A stretch of DNA of 64,000 nt from Eledone cirrhosa (GCA_964016885.1 OZ024747.1:58528001-58592000), one strand, 5' to 3'; shown: positions 1-14,961, numbered from the stretch's first letter. Notes: a model not told the origin generated them from the sequence alone. Numbers and translations: made by a program.

Positions 1-255
1 AAGTCAGAAGTTCATATGTCAGTCAATAAAGTTTGTTTTGATTGGGCAATAGTTCATAGGGATGTTTTTGACTGGCCAAACGCGCGTCACCAATCAATAA
101 ATGTAATGAAGGAGTAACCAATGTCCTTCTTATCTTTTCACTATAATACACTCTGTATAGCTCTACACCTCGACACTGAAGTGAACCTAAACATCGAGTG
201 CTCATCCGGGTGAACTCGAGTGAACCTACAGTAATACCAAGTTACACCGCCTGGA
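1..255 (+). mobile_element. PLE-derived insert: decayed HHR plus 3' tail, cut by the window edge
   Basis: TTGATTGG (38-45) can pair with CCAATCAA (90-97) around cAAA-CGCGCG-TC; GAGTGCTC at 196-203; ends in (TA)n. Confidence 0.5.
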
Positions 256-267
256 TATATATATATA

Positions 268-755
268 TACTAGACTTGAAAAATGCTCAAGCTCAAAAGA
301 ACCACAGAATGTTATAATAACCCTTCAAAAGTGTGGGACTAGAGTTGTTGCTCAAAAATATTGTAATCATTATCTATAGTACACTCTGTGGCATCCTTTT
401 ATAAAAAAAGAGACTCATAACGAACTCAAGACGACACGATAATTATTTAAGCTAATGTTCAATAACTCATATTAGATGTTTAGTAATGATTAATACGAAA
501 TGCACTTAAATCGAATTCTATATTATAAATTCACTTAAATAATTATCGTGTCGTCTTGAGTTCGTTATGAGTCTCTTTTTTTATAAAAGGATGCCACACT
601 GTGTACGATTACAATATTGTTGAGCAACAACTCTAGTCGCACACTTTTGAAGGTTTATCATAACATTCTATGGCTCTTTTGAGCTTGCGCATTTTTCAGG
701 TCTAGTTTATATTTTTTTAAGGCAACGCTTGTAATAACACTAGTTAAACGTGACA
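268..755. repeat. Inverted repeat (arms ~268-451 and 534-706) with short 3' tail, PLE-like architecture
   Basis: Arms are near-identical reverse complements with an ~82 bp spacer; starts at (TA)n; no HHR core found. Confidence 0.8.
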
Positions 756-1217
756 TATATTAATAATAAATTATCGTTGTAATGTAATTAGATTATATAA
801 TTGTTATTTTATAAATGATCTTATTAATATTATTGTAAGATGTATAAAAGTATTTTCAAACTTTTAAAAGTTAATATAAATTTTAAAAAATCATATATAA
901 ATTAACAATATAACTTACCAAAACAAGAAAAATATTTTGATGATAAACGACGAAATACTGGAGGAAGATTCGAATGCGAAACGATAAATAACCGTGGAAA
1001 CAAAGTGGCGGATGCTTTTGACCAACAATTACTCTCGTTGGTTGAGTAGCCAATAAGACGATGAAATTAGCCAATAAGACGATGCATTACAAAACATGTT
1101 TGGGAGACATCACCACGGCCAGCGATACCCTTTGAATGTTTTATTCACAAGCAACGCATATATGTCAGAAGACACGCAGACATAAAACATTCTGTTGTTA
1201 GTCACTGCGTGTCTAAC

Positions 1218-1294
<77 letters not shown>

Positions 1295-1694
1295 CATGTC
1301 AAACTAAGAAGTAATCTTATTCCTTACCATGTGTGTCAGTTAATGGGAACTGAAAATTTACTACGTCAGGTAGTTATACTGGATTGAAAACTTTGCAAGC
1401 TTCATTTATGTACAGCATATATTGTTAATAACTATGTCACTATCAGATGTAACTTAACAACATCATTAGTGAAAATTCAAAATCTGTAATTAAGCGGTTT
1501 AAAAAATGTATCCTATGCATGAACAATACAATATGTTTACTCAAAAGCTTGATATGTTGAACAAGACATGAGACTTGTACTATAAAGTTATATATGAAAG
1601 TAATCATATGTTGTAGCAATTCTATTTGCCAACAAGGTATATATATGTATGTATTTATTTATGTATGTATGTATGCATGCATGTACGTATGTAG

Positions 1695-2635
1695 GTTCTT
1701 CTGGTTTTATAATTTCACAAATTTTTACCAATAGAGAGAGAGTCGGTTTCTAACATAGACACAAGACTCTCTCATTGGAATTTACACAAGCTCAACTAGG
1801 TAGATTATGTATGCATGCCTGGATGCATGCATGTGTAGATATGGATGTTATTGGTTGTGTGGATGTGTATTTTTGAGTTGTATGTGTGTATGCTTTGTAT
1901 CTGTACATGTGTATATGCAGTTATAAGATACAATATTTTTGGCATGTTTTACATATTTTTACTGTTCCATTAATGGATTGTACTTGTAATTTCCTAACTA
2001 GTTGTGTTCTTTCTGTTCCTGCGAAGCCTAACTTCTCAAGATTTGTATTGAGGCAGTTACTAACATAACCCAGTGCCCCAATAATCACAGGCATAAATCT
2101 GAAGGTGTCATCAGGGTGGAGTATCTGCAGATTTCTCATCAGTTCTGCATAAATGATCTCCTTTTCGCTGATCTTTGATATTTATTTTGGCATCTGCTGG
2201 GCAGCTAATTTCCACTACTCTGCATGCTTTCTTTTCCCTGCCCCATATCATAATATCTGTTCTGTTATACCTGCATTTTATTGGGGTTTTTACTGGCACA
2301 TTCCACCAGTACTCTTTCATATTATGTATCTGGATGTCTTCCACATTGCTGTAGCTTTTAATGTGTTTATTATCGGGGCTATCTTTTCTACGGATTGCAT
2401 TGTACAGTGTTTTGGCCACTATATCATGCCTCATAGGTAGATAGTACCGCTATGACATCTTTGGACAGCTGTTGATGACATGGGTGACATTTTCGATGTT
2501 AATTCTGCAGAGTCTGCACTTGTTATCACATCTTGGTGGTTTCATGCAGATAGACTTGCTCGAGAAGCGGGCTCCTACGCTTCGAGGTTTGTAGATGTTG
2601 TCAGAAGGATATGATGCGACATTCAAATGCTGTCT
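1695..2635 (-). mobile_element. Non-LTR retrotransposon 3' fragment with CCHC knuckle and restriction-like endonuclease (R4/Dong/NeSL-type), degraded
   Basis: CRLC..ENVTHVINSC, RHDIVAK, WWNVP, NRTDIMIW..VVEISCP, PVIIGALG spread over ORFs 2450-2752, 2111-2434 and 1921-2139 (stop and frameshift); 3' UTR runs into a (TACA)-type repeat. Confidence 0.88.
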
Positions 2636-2685
2636 GGACATATGTATGTATGTAAGTATGTGTTTATGTGTGTGTGTGTGTGTGT

Positions 2686-2790
2686 GGCCAAACACTCTTG
2701 GCGCCGCGGACGGGATTTTACATATCCCTATACCCAATCTGCATCTTTCCATGCATCGAGTACTCTCATGATTAGTGGTCTCCAGACTCT
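2686..2790 (+). mobile_element. PLE tail fragment, related to 32536-32700
   Basis: GGCGCCGCGGAC..TATACCCA..GAGTACTC matches the reverse complement of 32560-32645. Confidence 0.65.
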
Positions 2791-2815
2791 CTCGCTCTCA
2801 CACTCTGTCTCTCTC

Positions 2816-2884
<69 letters not shown>

Positions 2885-4065
2885 ACACACACACACATAT
2901 ATATATTGAGGGTTTAGTGTTAACAGATTTCACTCAATTGACCAATGGTTATTGGACTAAAATGGTGAGAACTTCAAAGCTTAATGCTTGAATTTCAATC
3001 GTAAGGATTATAAGTGGAAACAGGAAAATTAGAAAAGCTTTTCAAGGATGTCAACTTCGGATGTATAGAAAAGCTTGACATAAACAATATCTGTATAATG
3101 TAAATTGTAAAGTGTAACTTGATATGTGTAAATTACTACTACTTATTGAATTAATCAGTGACGGGTTAAAGAGAAGTGTTAACATTCATTAAAAAAATAT
3201 AGAAAACTATAAAATAAAGAGCAATGAGCTGAGTAGCACTCTACCCACTCATTACAATATAATTAACTCGTAAAAGCGGGGCTTCAACATGCTGCCGTAA
3301 AATTACAGGAATAAACTTAATTGTAACACATTATTTCTTCAGTATATACTATATATATTAGATATCACCATTATCACTGCTTTATATGCGTATACATCAG
3401 TATATAACAATGTATAAATCATTACTTGAAGGTGTACAAATATTGATTTATGAGAGCAAACAACAAAACAAAGACAAATGGTGTCTATGATTTAAACGAA
3501 CAGAACACTGTAAGTGAAATAAAATATATTTAGGCATTGCTACCAAAATACCAAAATGTCACAATTAGTATTTTTCTCCAGCCTCCCACACACTACTTTT
3601 CATTTGCTTGACCAGAGGCTGGCTCGAGAGAAAATTGATAAAACAATGTTTTGTAAAACAACTAGATCTACAAAAATACCAATAACAATGTTATCGGTAT
3701 CAAAAATAGTATTTGATTTCAGAAACAGTAAACTAAATAGCAAAAGACATTTAATTCAGTGCGCTACGGATTCAGCTATTTCTAGTGAGTTCAAATAGTT
3801 GAAATACCATTATATCCCATAATAGAAGTTATTAACTTTCAGGTTATTTTCCCTCTCAGAACAACCATTGCTACATAGTTAATTTACTTTCATGTCAGTT
3901 GGAATAAATATTCACATATATGAAAAAACAAAACTCTTATTTACCGTCATTTCTGTAAATCCAGTTTCCTTCATACCTTTCTTTAGCATAAGATAAATAT
4001 CGTATTTTTGACAATCATTGCTATTTTGATTTGGGTAATAGGAAACAGGAACAGAGGTTATTATT

Positions 4066-4557
4066 GGTGAATTGGCAGTATCGGTAGAGAGTCGGACGCT
4101 ATGCTTTGCAGCAAAGAGTTACGGCCCTTGCCATTCTGTGTTCAAATCCCGCCGAGGTTAACTTTGCCTGTCATCCTTACGGGGTAGATAAAATGAAGTA
4201 CCAGTAATGTACTGGGATAATTGCTGGCCTTGTGCCAAATGTAGAAACAATTATTATTATATAAAATAACCTCTGTTCCTGTTTCCTATTCAAATCCCGC
4301 CGATGTTGACTTTGCCTTTCATCCTTACGGGGGTCGATAAAATAAAGTACCAGTAATGCACTGGATAATTGCTGGCCTTGTGCCTAAAGTAGAAACAATT
4401 ATTATTATATAAAATAAAGTACCAGTAATGCACTCTGGGTAATTGCTGACCTTGTGCCTAAAGTAGAAACAATTATTATTATATAAAATAAAGTACTAGT
4501 AATGCACTCTGGGTAATTGCTGACCTTGTGCCTAAAGTAGAAACAATTATTATTATA
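4066..4557 (+). mobile_element. tRNA-derived SINE (cephalopod-type) followed by a partial copy and two tandem 3'-end duplications
   Basis: A-box-like TGGCAGTATCGG, B-box GTTCAAATCC, 3' end GTAGAAACAATTATT; same family recurs many times in the window. Confidence 0.9.
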
Positions 4558-4778
4558 CCTACCATAATGGTAGATATCTAATTTCAGGATTTGATTCAGA
4601 CACAATACATATACACATTGATGGTTGAGAAAATGAGAGAGGTGTGTGTTTGTGTTTGTGTACGCATGGGTGTTTGTATATGTTTTGTTTTTTGTGTGAA
4701 TGGGTGGCATTTACCGATGTACTCAGTGGAATAGGAATAGCGAAAGTTGTGTGAAATATCAATAAGGCAAGATCTCTG

Positions 4779-4810
<32 letters not shown>

Positions 4811-5020
4811 ATATTAGGGATACTATTTATGGTTATGTATATGTTAAAACTTTGTATTGTTATGTATATGTTAAACCCTAAACAGTGAAGGTCAGTAATT
4901 TATTACAACCTTATTACCAGTAAGATAAATAGCTATACATACTAGCTAGACATACAGATATGTATCTGTATGTTTCTTGCGTTGGAAAGGAGGTCAATTA
5001 TGTGTACAAACATTGAAAAA

Positions 5021-5067
5021 TGCTCCGAAGACACCAAGCCTAGGTTTGGATGAAACAATTGTAAGTG
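5021..5067 (+). ncRNA. Variant HHR (U4C core) in a TA-embedded insert ~4812-5105
   Basis: tgct-CCGAAGA-caccaagcctaggtttggat-GAAA-CAATTG-TA-agtg. Confidence 0.55.
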
Positions 5068-5121
5068 AATAAATGCTTTGAACATAGCTTTGATTCTTGT
5101 GAATTCTCTCTCTCTATATAT

Positions 5122-5458
<337 letters not shown>

Positions 5459-6384
5459 AGAGAGAGAGAGAGAGAGAGAGAAAGGGGGGAGGTACACTGG
5501 TAGAGTAGAAGTTAAAGCTACAAATGTTGTTCTATAAATAAATATTAGGAATAACATGTACATGCATAGAACAACACACTATATATATATATATATTCAA
5601 GACGGTGTCCCACCATGTGGTTTGAGCCGTTTTCATCGAAGAAACTCATGGAGTAGGTTCATTTTAATGGAGTTTCTTCTGGCGATTGGTTTCACAAGCA
5701 ATACCCACCACCAAGTATATGCACTTTAGAGTAGTGCAATCCAAGCATAACATCGTTGAGATCTAACTTTCACACCCAACCTAATTTGGTGGAGCCAATT
5801 TCGCAACTGGGACGCATGATAGAGTATTTGGCTGTCAGACGTTGTAAACACAACAATTTTGTAGACCAGTTGGAGCTCATCCCATTACCCAACTGAAACA
5901 TACCGACTCTCAGCATATCATATAGAAAGAATAAATGGAAGATAATCTGAGTCAATTAAGGATTAATCTGTCAAACTAAATTCATACAATGATAGGAATA
6001 ACTTATAACTATTTACCTGTAAGTGACAACTATGGAACTTTTGGGGTGTTATAACAATCGAAAGGTATTTAAAACTGTGGCACATCTATTTTACTCGTAG
6101 TAATTATATTGTCACCAGGAGAATGCCTTATAAGGATTTTATCATTCTGATTCAACGGTTTAACATTTTCGATGTACATTTCTAAAGATCGTATTTTTAG
6201 GTTCGCTACAATTGGGATATGTATATTCAATATTCTTTGTCAGTGCAGATGTATTACTCATTAGACGATATATTAAACTAGGACCACAGGAAAATGTGAA
6301 GAAAGTAACATATATAAGGCAGAGGGAGAAGTGGTGAGAGAATGAGACAGAGAGTGTGTGTGCATGCTTGTTTGTCGTGCTTTG

Positions 6385-6451
<67 letters not shown>

Positions 6452-6518
6452 CATATATACACAAATATATGTATATATACACACCTATATGTATATACGT
6501 TCATATATATATATACAC

Positions 6519-6646
<128 letters not shown>

Positions 6647-6682
6647 GTATGTATATATATATATATGTATATATATATGTAT

Positions 6683-6754
<72 letters not shown>

Positions 6755-6765
6755 GTGTGTATATG

Positions 6766-6824
<59 letters not shown>

Positions 6825-6937
6825 CATATATGTGTTAGAATTGGCATGCATATTCAACAGATCTATGTACAAAATTATACAAACTATCAAATAGAATATA
6901 CATACCAACACATACATATGCCGTCTTCAGAAATAAT

Positions 6938-7122
6938 TGTTTCTACATTTGGCACAAGGCCAGCAAATTACCCAGTGCATTACTGGTACTTTATTTTATC
7001 GACCCCGTAGGGATGAAAGGCAAAGTCAACCTCGGCGGGATTTGAACTCAGATCGTAAAGGGACGTAACTCTGCTGGAAAGCATGGCGTCCGACCCTCTA
7101 CCGATACTGCCAATCCACCACC
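6938..7122 (-). mobile_element. tRNA-derived SINE with 18-bp target-site duplication
   Basis: GCCGTCTTCAGAAATAAT at 6920-6937 and 7123-7140. Confidence 0.93.
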
Positions 7123-7646
7123 GCCGTCTTCAGAAATAATGAAATATATTTATTGATAATAACAACAATTCAAAATTACAGGTCTGTTTGGGAACAGAGT
7201 TCAAATAGACCAATGAAATACACAAAAATATATCAAGAAAATACAGTTAGGTGTGTGTATATATGTAAGTAACTTCGTTCACAGATATGCATAAAAATGT
7301 ATGTTCACATGCATACGCATGTCGAAAAAATGTATGTAAATACAAAAATTGAGGGCTAATGTCTCTGTATGTTTATAATCTACAGACAAAATACACATAC
7401 GTATACATACATATATATACTCATATATACACACATATACATACATTCATACACACTCACGCATATACACATAAACATACACATACCCACGAACATACAC
7501 ACACACATACATACACACACACACACACATACTTATATATTATTATTATAACTATATGGATATTGAGGCACACACATAAACACTGCCACATATACTTACA
7601 TCTAGATGCAGAACTAAAAATAGGTTGTTATTATCAATAAATATAT

Positions 7647-7783
7647 TTCATTATTTCTGAAGACGGCATATGTATGTGCTGGTATGTATATTCTAATTTT
7701 GTATAATTTTGTACATAGATCTGTTGAATATGCATGCCAATTCTAACACATATATGTCCTAGAAACGATCGTTAAATAATGAA
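7647..7783 (+). ncRNA. Type I HHR with ~100-nt stem II
   Basis: TTCATTATTT-CTGAAGA-(ggcatatgtatgtg...cacatatatgtc)-GAAA-CGATCG-TT-AAATAATGAA; perfect 10-bp stem I. Confidence 0.8.
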
Positions 7784-7977
7784 CTTTTTTTGTTTAATAT
7801 AAGGAACTGCTTCATTGTTTTATTCATTATTTTTTTAATATTTTATCTTTACTCTGTATTCCGTTTATCTTTCACCGAAAGTGATTTTTGAATGCATCTC
7901 TTCTTTCCATGATATCCGGATTACATTGAGTTCTTCATACGGATTGGAAACTACCGTAAACTTTTGGTAGATTTATC

Positions 7978-8062
<85 letters not shown>

Positions 8063-8208
8063 GACAATTGTTTCATTGATCAGGTGAGTGTAGAGGTCGC
8101 AAATCGCTTGAAGTTGCGTCACTCGATCTCCATACGTTAAAACTATTCACGACTCAGAGTACTCACAACCTCTAACTGGATTACCTATAACAATAACTTG
8201 TTATGCCA
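8063..8208. mobile_element. PLE fragment: inverted HHR 3' half plus tail, between (TA)n tracts
   Basis: Minus strand reads GAAA-CAATTG-TC at 8063-8074; GAGTACTC at 8157-8164; tail resembles 52940-52990. Confidence 0.6.
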
Positions 8209-8245
8209 TATATATATATATATATATCTATATCTATATATATAT

Positions 8246-8304
<59 letters not shown>

Positions 8305-8975
8305 AATATATATATATACAATCATATACATTTATGTATATATATGTCTGAGTGTGTATTTGATGTTTGTGCGTGTATTTGATGTTTCCATACTTCTCTA
8401 TAAGTGAGTAGTTAGTATCTTGCAAGATAACCTATAGTATTATGTAACCTATGATATTAGACATATTTTAAAAACCAAAACTAACAAACTTCTCTTCTCA
8501 TGTTACTCTATGGCTTCCTTTAAATAAATCTGTTTTATGTTGGTATAGACATGTTTGATCGTTTAAATTCCATATGAACGGATACACTGATAAAAAATAT
8601 GCTTTGATTATTTCTTGCGTCTATACTACTTTACATTATACTCTGTTTTTCTTTAAACATTTTGAAATACAAATCGGCATAGAAGCATTACATATTTAAC
8701 CGAACTTGTGAATGAGTAAATAAACACATTAACATTTATCAATATATATTTCACCTCGGACAAAAGAAGCGTTAACACTATACTACTGCGAGAAGTGAAT
8801 AAGTGCATTTGCCAACGTGCAAGATTCTGTCTCATAATGTGAACAATACAACTGGAATTTGTAATAATAGTTTCTGATTTAGCTACAAGGCCATCATTAT
8901 TCAATTTGTGCCAAAATTAGATACAGTCATTTTATTTTGGTCGGAGGTACTTGATAAAACCGACCCCAGTGCGTT

Positions 8976-9370
8976 AATGTTTTCTCATATAGGCAAAAGG
9001 CCAGCAGTTTGGGAGGAGGGGAAAGTCGATTAAATAGACCCAGGTCCCTGCCAAGTACTTTGTTTTATCGACCCCTTAAGGATGAAAGGCAAAGTTAACA
9101 TCGGCGGGGTTTGAACTCAGATCATAAAGGGCCGTAACTCTATGCTGCAAAGCATAGCGCCCGACCCTACCGATACTGCCAATCCACCGCCCTAATCGAC
9201 CCCGTAATAATTGTTTCTTTTTTTGGCACAAGGTTAACAATTACCAGTATAATACTGGTACTTTATTTTATCGACCCCGTAATACTGAAAGCTAATCTCG
9301 GCGGTATTTGAAATCAGAACGTAAAGAGCGTTAAATCTAAGCTGCAAAGCTTGTTGGTCAACGCTCTTCT
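8976..9370 (-). mobile_element. Two adjacent tRNA-derived SINE copies (8976-9192 and 9206-9370)
   Basis: TTTATCGACCCC..TTTGAACTCAG..GATACTGCCAATCCACC family signature. Confidence 0.85.
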
Positions 9371-9609
9371 TTTTGCTACCCTCTCGATGGAACCGCGGTC
9401 ATCCTATGCCAGTCATCCCAAAGCATAATCCTGCATAGAGCCAACCCAACGTTGCTCTGATACAGTCAATCCATCGCCCTTGGAATTCTTGATAATGTTT
9501 ATATTTTGTTGGGAAACAACTAAACTAACACGGGAAGAGTTGCCGAGAAAATACTAAATGCATGTTTTTCATTAATTCTTTATTCGAGTTAATGAACATG
9601 AGAGTTCAA

Positions 9610-9800
9610 GTTGATACATTCAACGGAAACGCCTGCTCCTGAAATTAACGTGCAAGTGACTTACCATTCCACAAACACTTGTACATTTAATGCAGTTCTT
9701 AACGAGATTCAACGTGACTCAGTGTGTGACAAGACTGGAACTTTGAAATACGAAGTGAGTGAACAGATGCTTCGTGAATTTGAGTTTCTTGGTCAAGGAA
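9610..9800. mobile_element. Second SINE-like family, degraded; related copy at ~41405-41600
   Basis: Shared CAACGGAA..GAAATT(A/G)A(C/A)GTG..CGTG..AG(T/A)GTGTGAC motif order. Confidence 0.55.
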
Positions 9801-9867
9801 AAATCTTTGCCCAGGCAGATTAAATGACGTCCCTTCACTTCATAGATTCATACACACAGACACAGAA

Positions 9868-9961
<94 letters not shown>

Positions 9962-10641
9962 CTATGTATGTGGTGTGTGCGTGTGTGTATGTGTAAGTGT
10001 GGGTGTGTATGTATGTGTAGTGTCTATATGTGCGCGCATGTGATCGTGTTTATGTCACGTAAAATATTGGTTTGACAAAACGAATATCGATAATATAAGC
10101 GCCAGGCATGAAAACCTATGTGCTTAGATTTATGTAATCCACTGAAAACAACGTGGAGCCCCAGCGTGGCCGCTACTATATCGATATTGAATTATATAAT
10201 CTGTATGATATATAGGAGTTGTATGTGTTTGTGTTTTCATGTCTGCGCGTGTGGATAAGTATGTATGACACAGTGGTTGTAGTGTGTATGTGTTCGTAGG
10301 TGGGTAATGTTTCATCCGTTGATATTTTGAGTTTCCTGTGCCTGCTCTTCATGACGTATATATTAGCTCTGAGCAACAAATACATTAACAGACGACAGAG
10401 ATGTGAGAAGACACTGTAGTGAGGAGAGTTTCCAAAGGTTATGTAAAATAACAGACATTGTAAACAGGAAAATATCTATCTAACTCTGTTTCTATCGATC
10501 TATCCATCAACACATAATTTTATTTTCACAAACGTACACGTTTATATACATATATATTCATGTGCATATAAATACATCTATATATACAACTATATATACA
10601 CACATGCATACATACATGCATATGTATATATAAATATATAT

Positions 10642-10682
<41 letters not shown>

Positions 10683-10925
10683 TACATATATATTTATATA
10701 TACACACATCCATACATGCATACATATATACATACATACATACATACATACATGCATACATACATAGAAACACACACACGCACATATATATATATAATAT
10801 ATATACATACATACATACATACATACATAGAAACACACACATATATATTTATATACATACATACATATATATTTATATATATACATATATATATACATAC
10901 ATATATATATACATACATACATATA

Positions 10926-10999
<74 letters not shown>

Positions 11000-11469
11000 C
11001 ATACATACAAATACATATATATATATTCATATATATTTGTGTGTGTTTATATCATACATATGTATGTATATATGATATGGTAATATGTCGATATATATTC
11101 TGCGAAATATATGTCTAAGTATGTGTTTGTTCTGTTTACATTATTACATATATAGATATAGATATATATGTTGTATCTATGCTAGTGGTATATTCCTGAA
11201 TCACAGATTCTGATTGGCTAGAAAATGTGGCAGTTTTTTTTTTTTTTACCCATAGTCAGTCATTTATTGATTATAGGAATATAAATGACCTCCAATTTCC
11301 TTTGCCTCCAGCTCTGACCAGTTAAATGGTCTCATGCTAATTTGGTCAACTTAGATTTCCACATCCTCCATGCAGTACGTAGAGTTCGATTTTCATTTTT
11401 ATTTTATTTTATTTTATTTTAGAATGAATGAATATATATATATATATATATTTATTTATTAAGATAATC

Positions 11470-11563
11470 TTAATAAATATTTGCTCAAGGATTCTTATAT
11501 ATTTGATATATATTTATCCTTATCGAGCCCTCTTTGGATTTTAGTCTTCAAATTTATTATTAT

Positions 11564-11570
<7 letters not shown>
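11470..11570 (+). mobile_element. Tail-only copy of the PLE family at 52050-52352 and 54075-54332
   Basis: AATATTTGCTCAAGG..TCGAGCCCTCTTT..TTATTACTA is near-identical in three places. Confidence 0.8.
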
Positions 11571-11623
<53 letters not shown>

Positions 11624-11699
11624 GAAACCGATCTAGTCCTGTACAAGCAATTTCTATATTAAATTTATATATTAGGATGGATTCAGTTTAAAACTGGTT

Positions 11700-11855
11700 A
11701 AACCATTACTCACGAGAGTACTCGTTACTCGGGGTAGTAGAGTATGGTTACATTATGAAGATTCATGATTCCCGACGGTTGTGCCCTTCAACAGCTGTTG
11801 AACTAGCTGTTGAAATGGAAAAAGTTCAGCAGTAAGGGTCCTGAACCTGTATAAT
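11700..11855 (-). mobile_element. Degraded fold-back copy of the GUC-hammerhead PLE family
   Basis: GAGTACTC..GGGTAGTAGAGT..CCCGACGG followed by an inverted TAGCTGTTGAAA..GGGTCCTGAA. Confidence 0.6.
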
Positions 11856-12329
11856 ATATACATATATATATATATAGTAAATATTCTCCAATATCAAAGT
11901 GAATTTTATTAAATTAAGTATATCTACAACAAACGAAGTCTCAATACCACCAACAGCAACACTATCATCACCTACATGAATTTATTGCTGACATAATCAC
12001 CATAATAATATTCATCATCATAAGCATTAATACTTGCCTACCTACAATCATCACCAACATCATCATCATCATCATCTTTCTTCATAATTATCCTCATTCT
12101 TACTGTTATCAGAATCACTATTATCATCATCTTCATCATAATTACCACCCGCCATCCCCGTTTCCATTTATAAAAAAGAATTCTTTCTGGGAAATTAATT
12201 CAGATCGCCACAATCACCACCACCAATACATCTCCTACTACTGCTAATACTACTACTACTAATAATAATAATTTTACTACTACTACTACTACTACTACTA
12301 CTATCCACTATAAAAGCATCATTAAAATT

Positions 12330-14340
12330 GCTACCACCACCACCTCCACAAGAACGACAACGACAACACCATGAATACGACCATCATCATCATAACCGGA
12401 ATCGAGATCACACCCACACCTCCACTGCCATCAGCACCACTACCATCAGCATCGACGCCACTACCATCACCACCACACCACTACGATGACCACCACACCA
12501 CCACTATCATCACCACAACCAACACCATCAACACCACCACAACTACCGTCAACACCTACACCATTACAGGTAACACAACCTCCACTGCCATCAGCTCTAC
12601 TAAAACCAATACCACTACACCACCACCAACACCACTACCATCACCTCGAACACCACCTCCATTACCATCACCACCTCGACTACCATCAATCAACACCACC
12701 ACTACCATCACTACCAACACCACAGGAAATATAGCCTCCACTGCCAGCACCACTACCATCCGCACCACCAATGCAATCGCCACCAACACCACTACATAAA
12801 ACACAACCTCCACTACCATCAACACCACTACCATCACCATGAACGCCACTACGAGAAACACAACCTCCACTACCATCAACACCACACCAACACTACCATC
12901 ACCATCACAAGCACAACCACCACTACCTACACCATCACAACCACCAACACTACCACCACCACCACCGCTACCACTACAGGAAACACAACCTCCACTGCCA
13001 TCAACACCACAGCAACACTACCATCACCATCACAAGCACCACCACCACTACCTACACCATCACAACCACCAACACTACCACCACCACCACCGCTACCACT
13101 ACAGGAAACACAACCTCCACTGCCATCAACACCACAGCAACACTACCATCACCATCACAACCACCACCACCACTACGTACACCATCACAGCCACCCCACT
13201 ACCTACACCATCACAACCACCACCACCACCACCACTACCACCACCACCACCACCACCACTACCTACACCATCACAACCACCACCACTACCACTACAGGAA
13301 ACACAACCTCCACTGCCATCAACACCACAGCAACACTACCATCACCATCACAACCACCACCACCACCACTACGTACACCATCACAGCCACCCCATTACCT
13401 ACACCATCAGAACCACCACCACTACAACACCACCATCACCACCACTACAGGAAACTCAACCTCCACTGCCATCAATACCACCACCACCACTACCTACACC
13501 ATCACAACCACCACCACTACCACTACAGGAAACACAACCTCCACTACCGTCAACACCACACCAACACTACCATCACCATCACCATCACCACCACCACCAC
13601 CACTACCTACACCATCAGAACCACCACCACTACACCACCACCATCACCACCACTACAGGAAACACAACCTCCACTGCCATCAATACCACAGCAACACTAC
13701 CATCACCATCACAACCACCACCATCACAACCACCACCACCACTACCTACACCATCACAACCACAACCACCACTACCACCACCACCGCTACAGGAAACACA
13801 ACCTCCACTACCATCAACACCACAGCAACTCTACCATCACCATCACCACCACTACAGGAAACACAACCTTCACTACCATCAATACCACACCAACACGACC
13901 GTCACCAACACCACCACCACCACCACTACCTACACCATCACAACCACCACCACTACCACCATTACAGAAAACACAACCTCCACTGCCATCAACACAACAG
14001 CAACACTACCATCACCATCACCACCACTACCTACACCATCACAACCACCACCACTACCACCATTACAGAAAACACAACCTCCACTGCCATCAACACAACC
14101 ACCACCACTACCACCACCACCAGCACCACTACAGGAAACACAACCTCCACTACCATCAACACCACAGCAGCACTGCCATCACCATCACTACCTACACCAT
14201 CGCAACCACCACCACTACCACCACCACCACTACAGGAAAGACAACCTCCATAACCATCAACACCACACCACACCACACCACCATTACCATCACCATCACC
14301 ACCACCAACAACAGAACTACAGGAAACACAACCTCTATAT
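12330..14340. repeat. (ACC)-rich minisatellite with a recurring higher-order core
   Basis: CTACAGGAAACACAACCTCCACTRCCATCAACACC recurs more than 12 times among ACC/ACT/ATC triplets. Confidence 0.9.
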
Positions 14341-14572
14341 CTGCCATATTCAGTATATTGTTCTTTTGAAGCTATTGAGAATATTCAGAGTTATTGTCCA
14401 ACTTTTATTTGTTAACGTTAGAACGGCGTAAAATTACTGATGGTTATTATTGTTTAAACTATATATATATATATATATAGATAGATAGATAGATAGATAT
14501 ACATATAGAGAGATATATATAGATATATGTATATATATGATATAGATATATGTGTAAATGTATGTGTAGATA

Positions 14573-14606
<34 letters not shown>

Positions 14607-14708
14607 GATATATAGATAAATAGATAGATATAGATATATAGATATATAGATATATATGTATATATGATATAGATATATGTGTAAATGTATGTGTAGATAT
14701 GTATATGC

Positions 14709-14961
<253 letters not shown>

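Larger units (their letters stand above)
6822..7980 (+). mobile_element. PLE-derived fold-back element: inverted arm 6822-7166 (SINE-interrupted), forward arm 7624-7758, 3' extension to (TA)n
   Basis: Arms are reverse complements; HHR in the forward arm; homologous to 16350-16560. Confidence 0.82.

Noticed and set aside
4066-4150. tRNA gene
   Set aside because: A/B boxes belong to a SINE head; no cloverleaf; continues into the SINE body
5596-5695. Hairpins resembling an HHR on the minus strand
   Set aside because: Core spacing does not fit the consensus
12839-14431. 530-aa Pro/His/Thr-rich ORF
   Set aside because: ACC-rich minisatellite; the strand is depleted of stop codons and the peptide cycles through all three repeat frames
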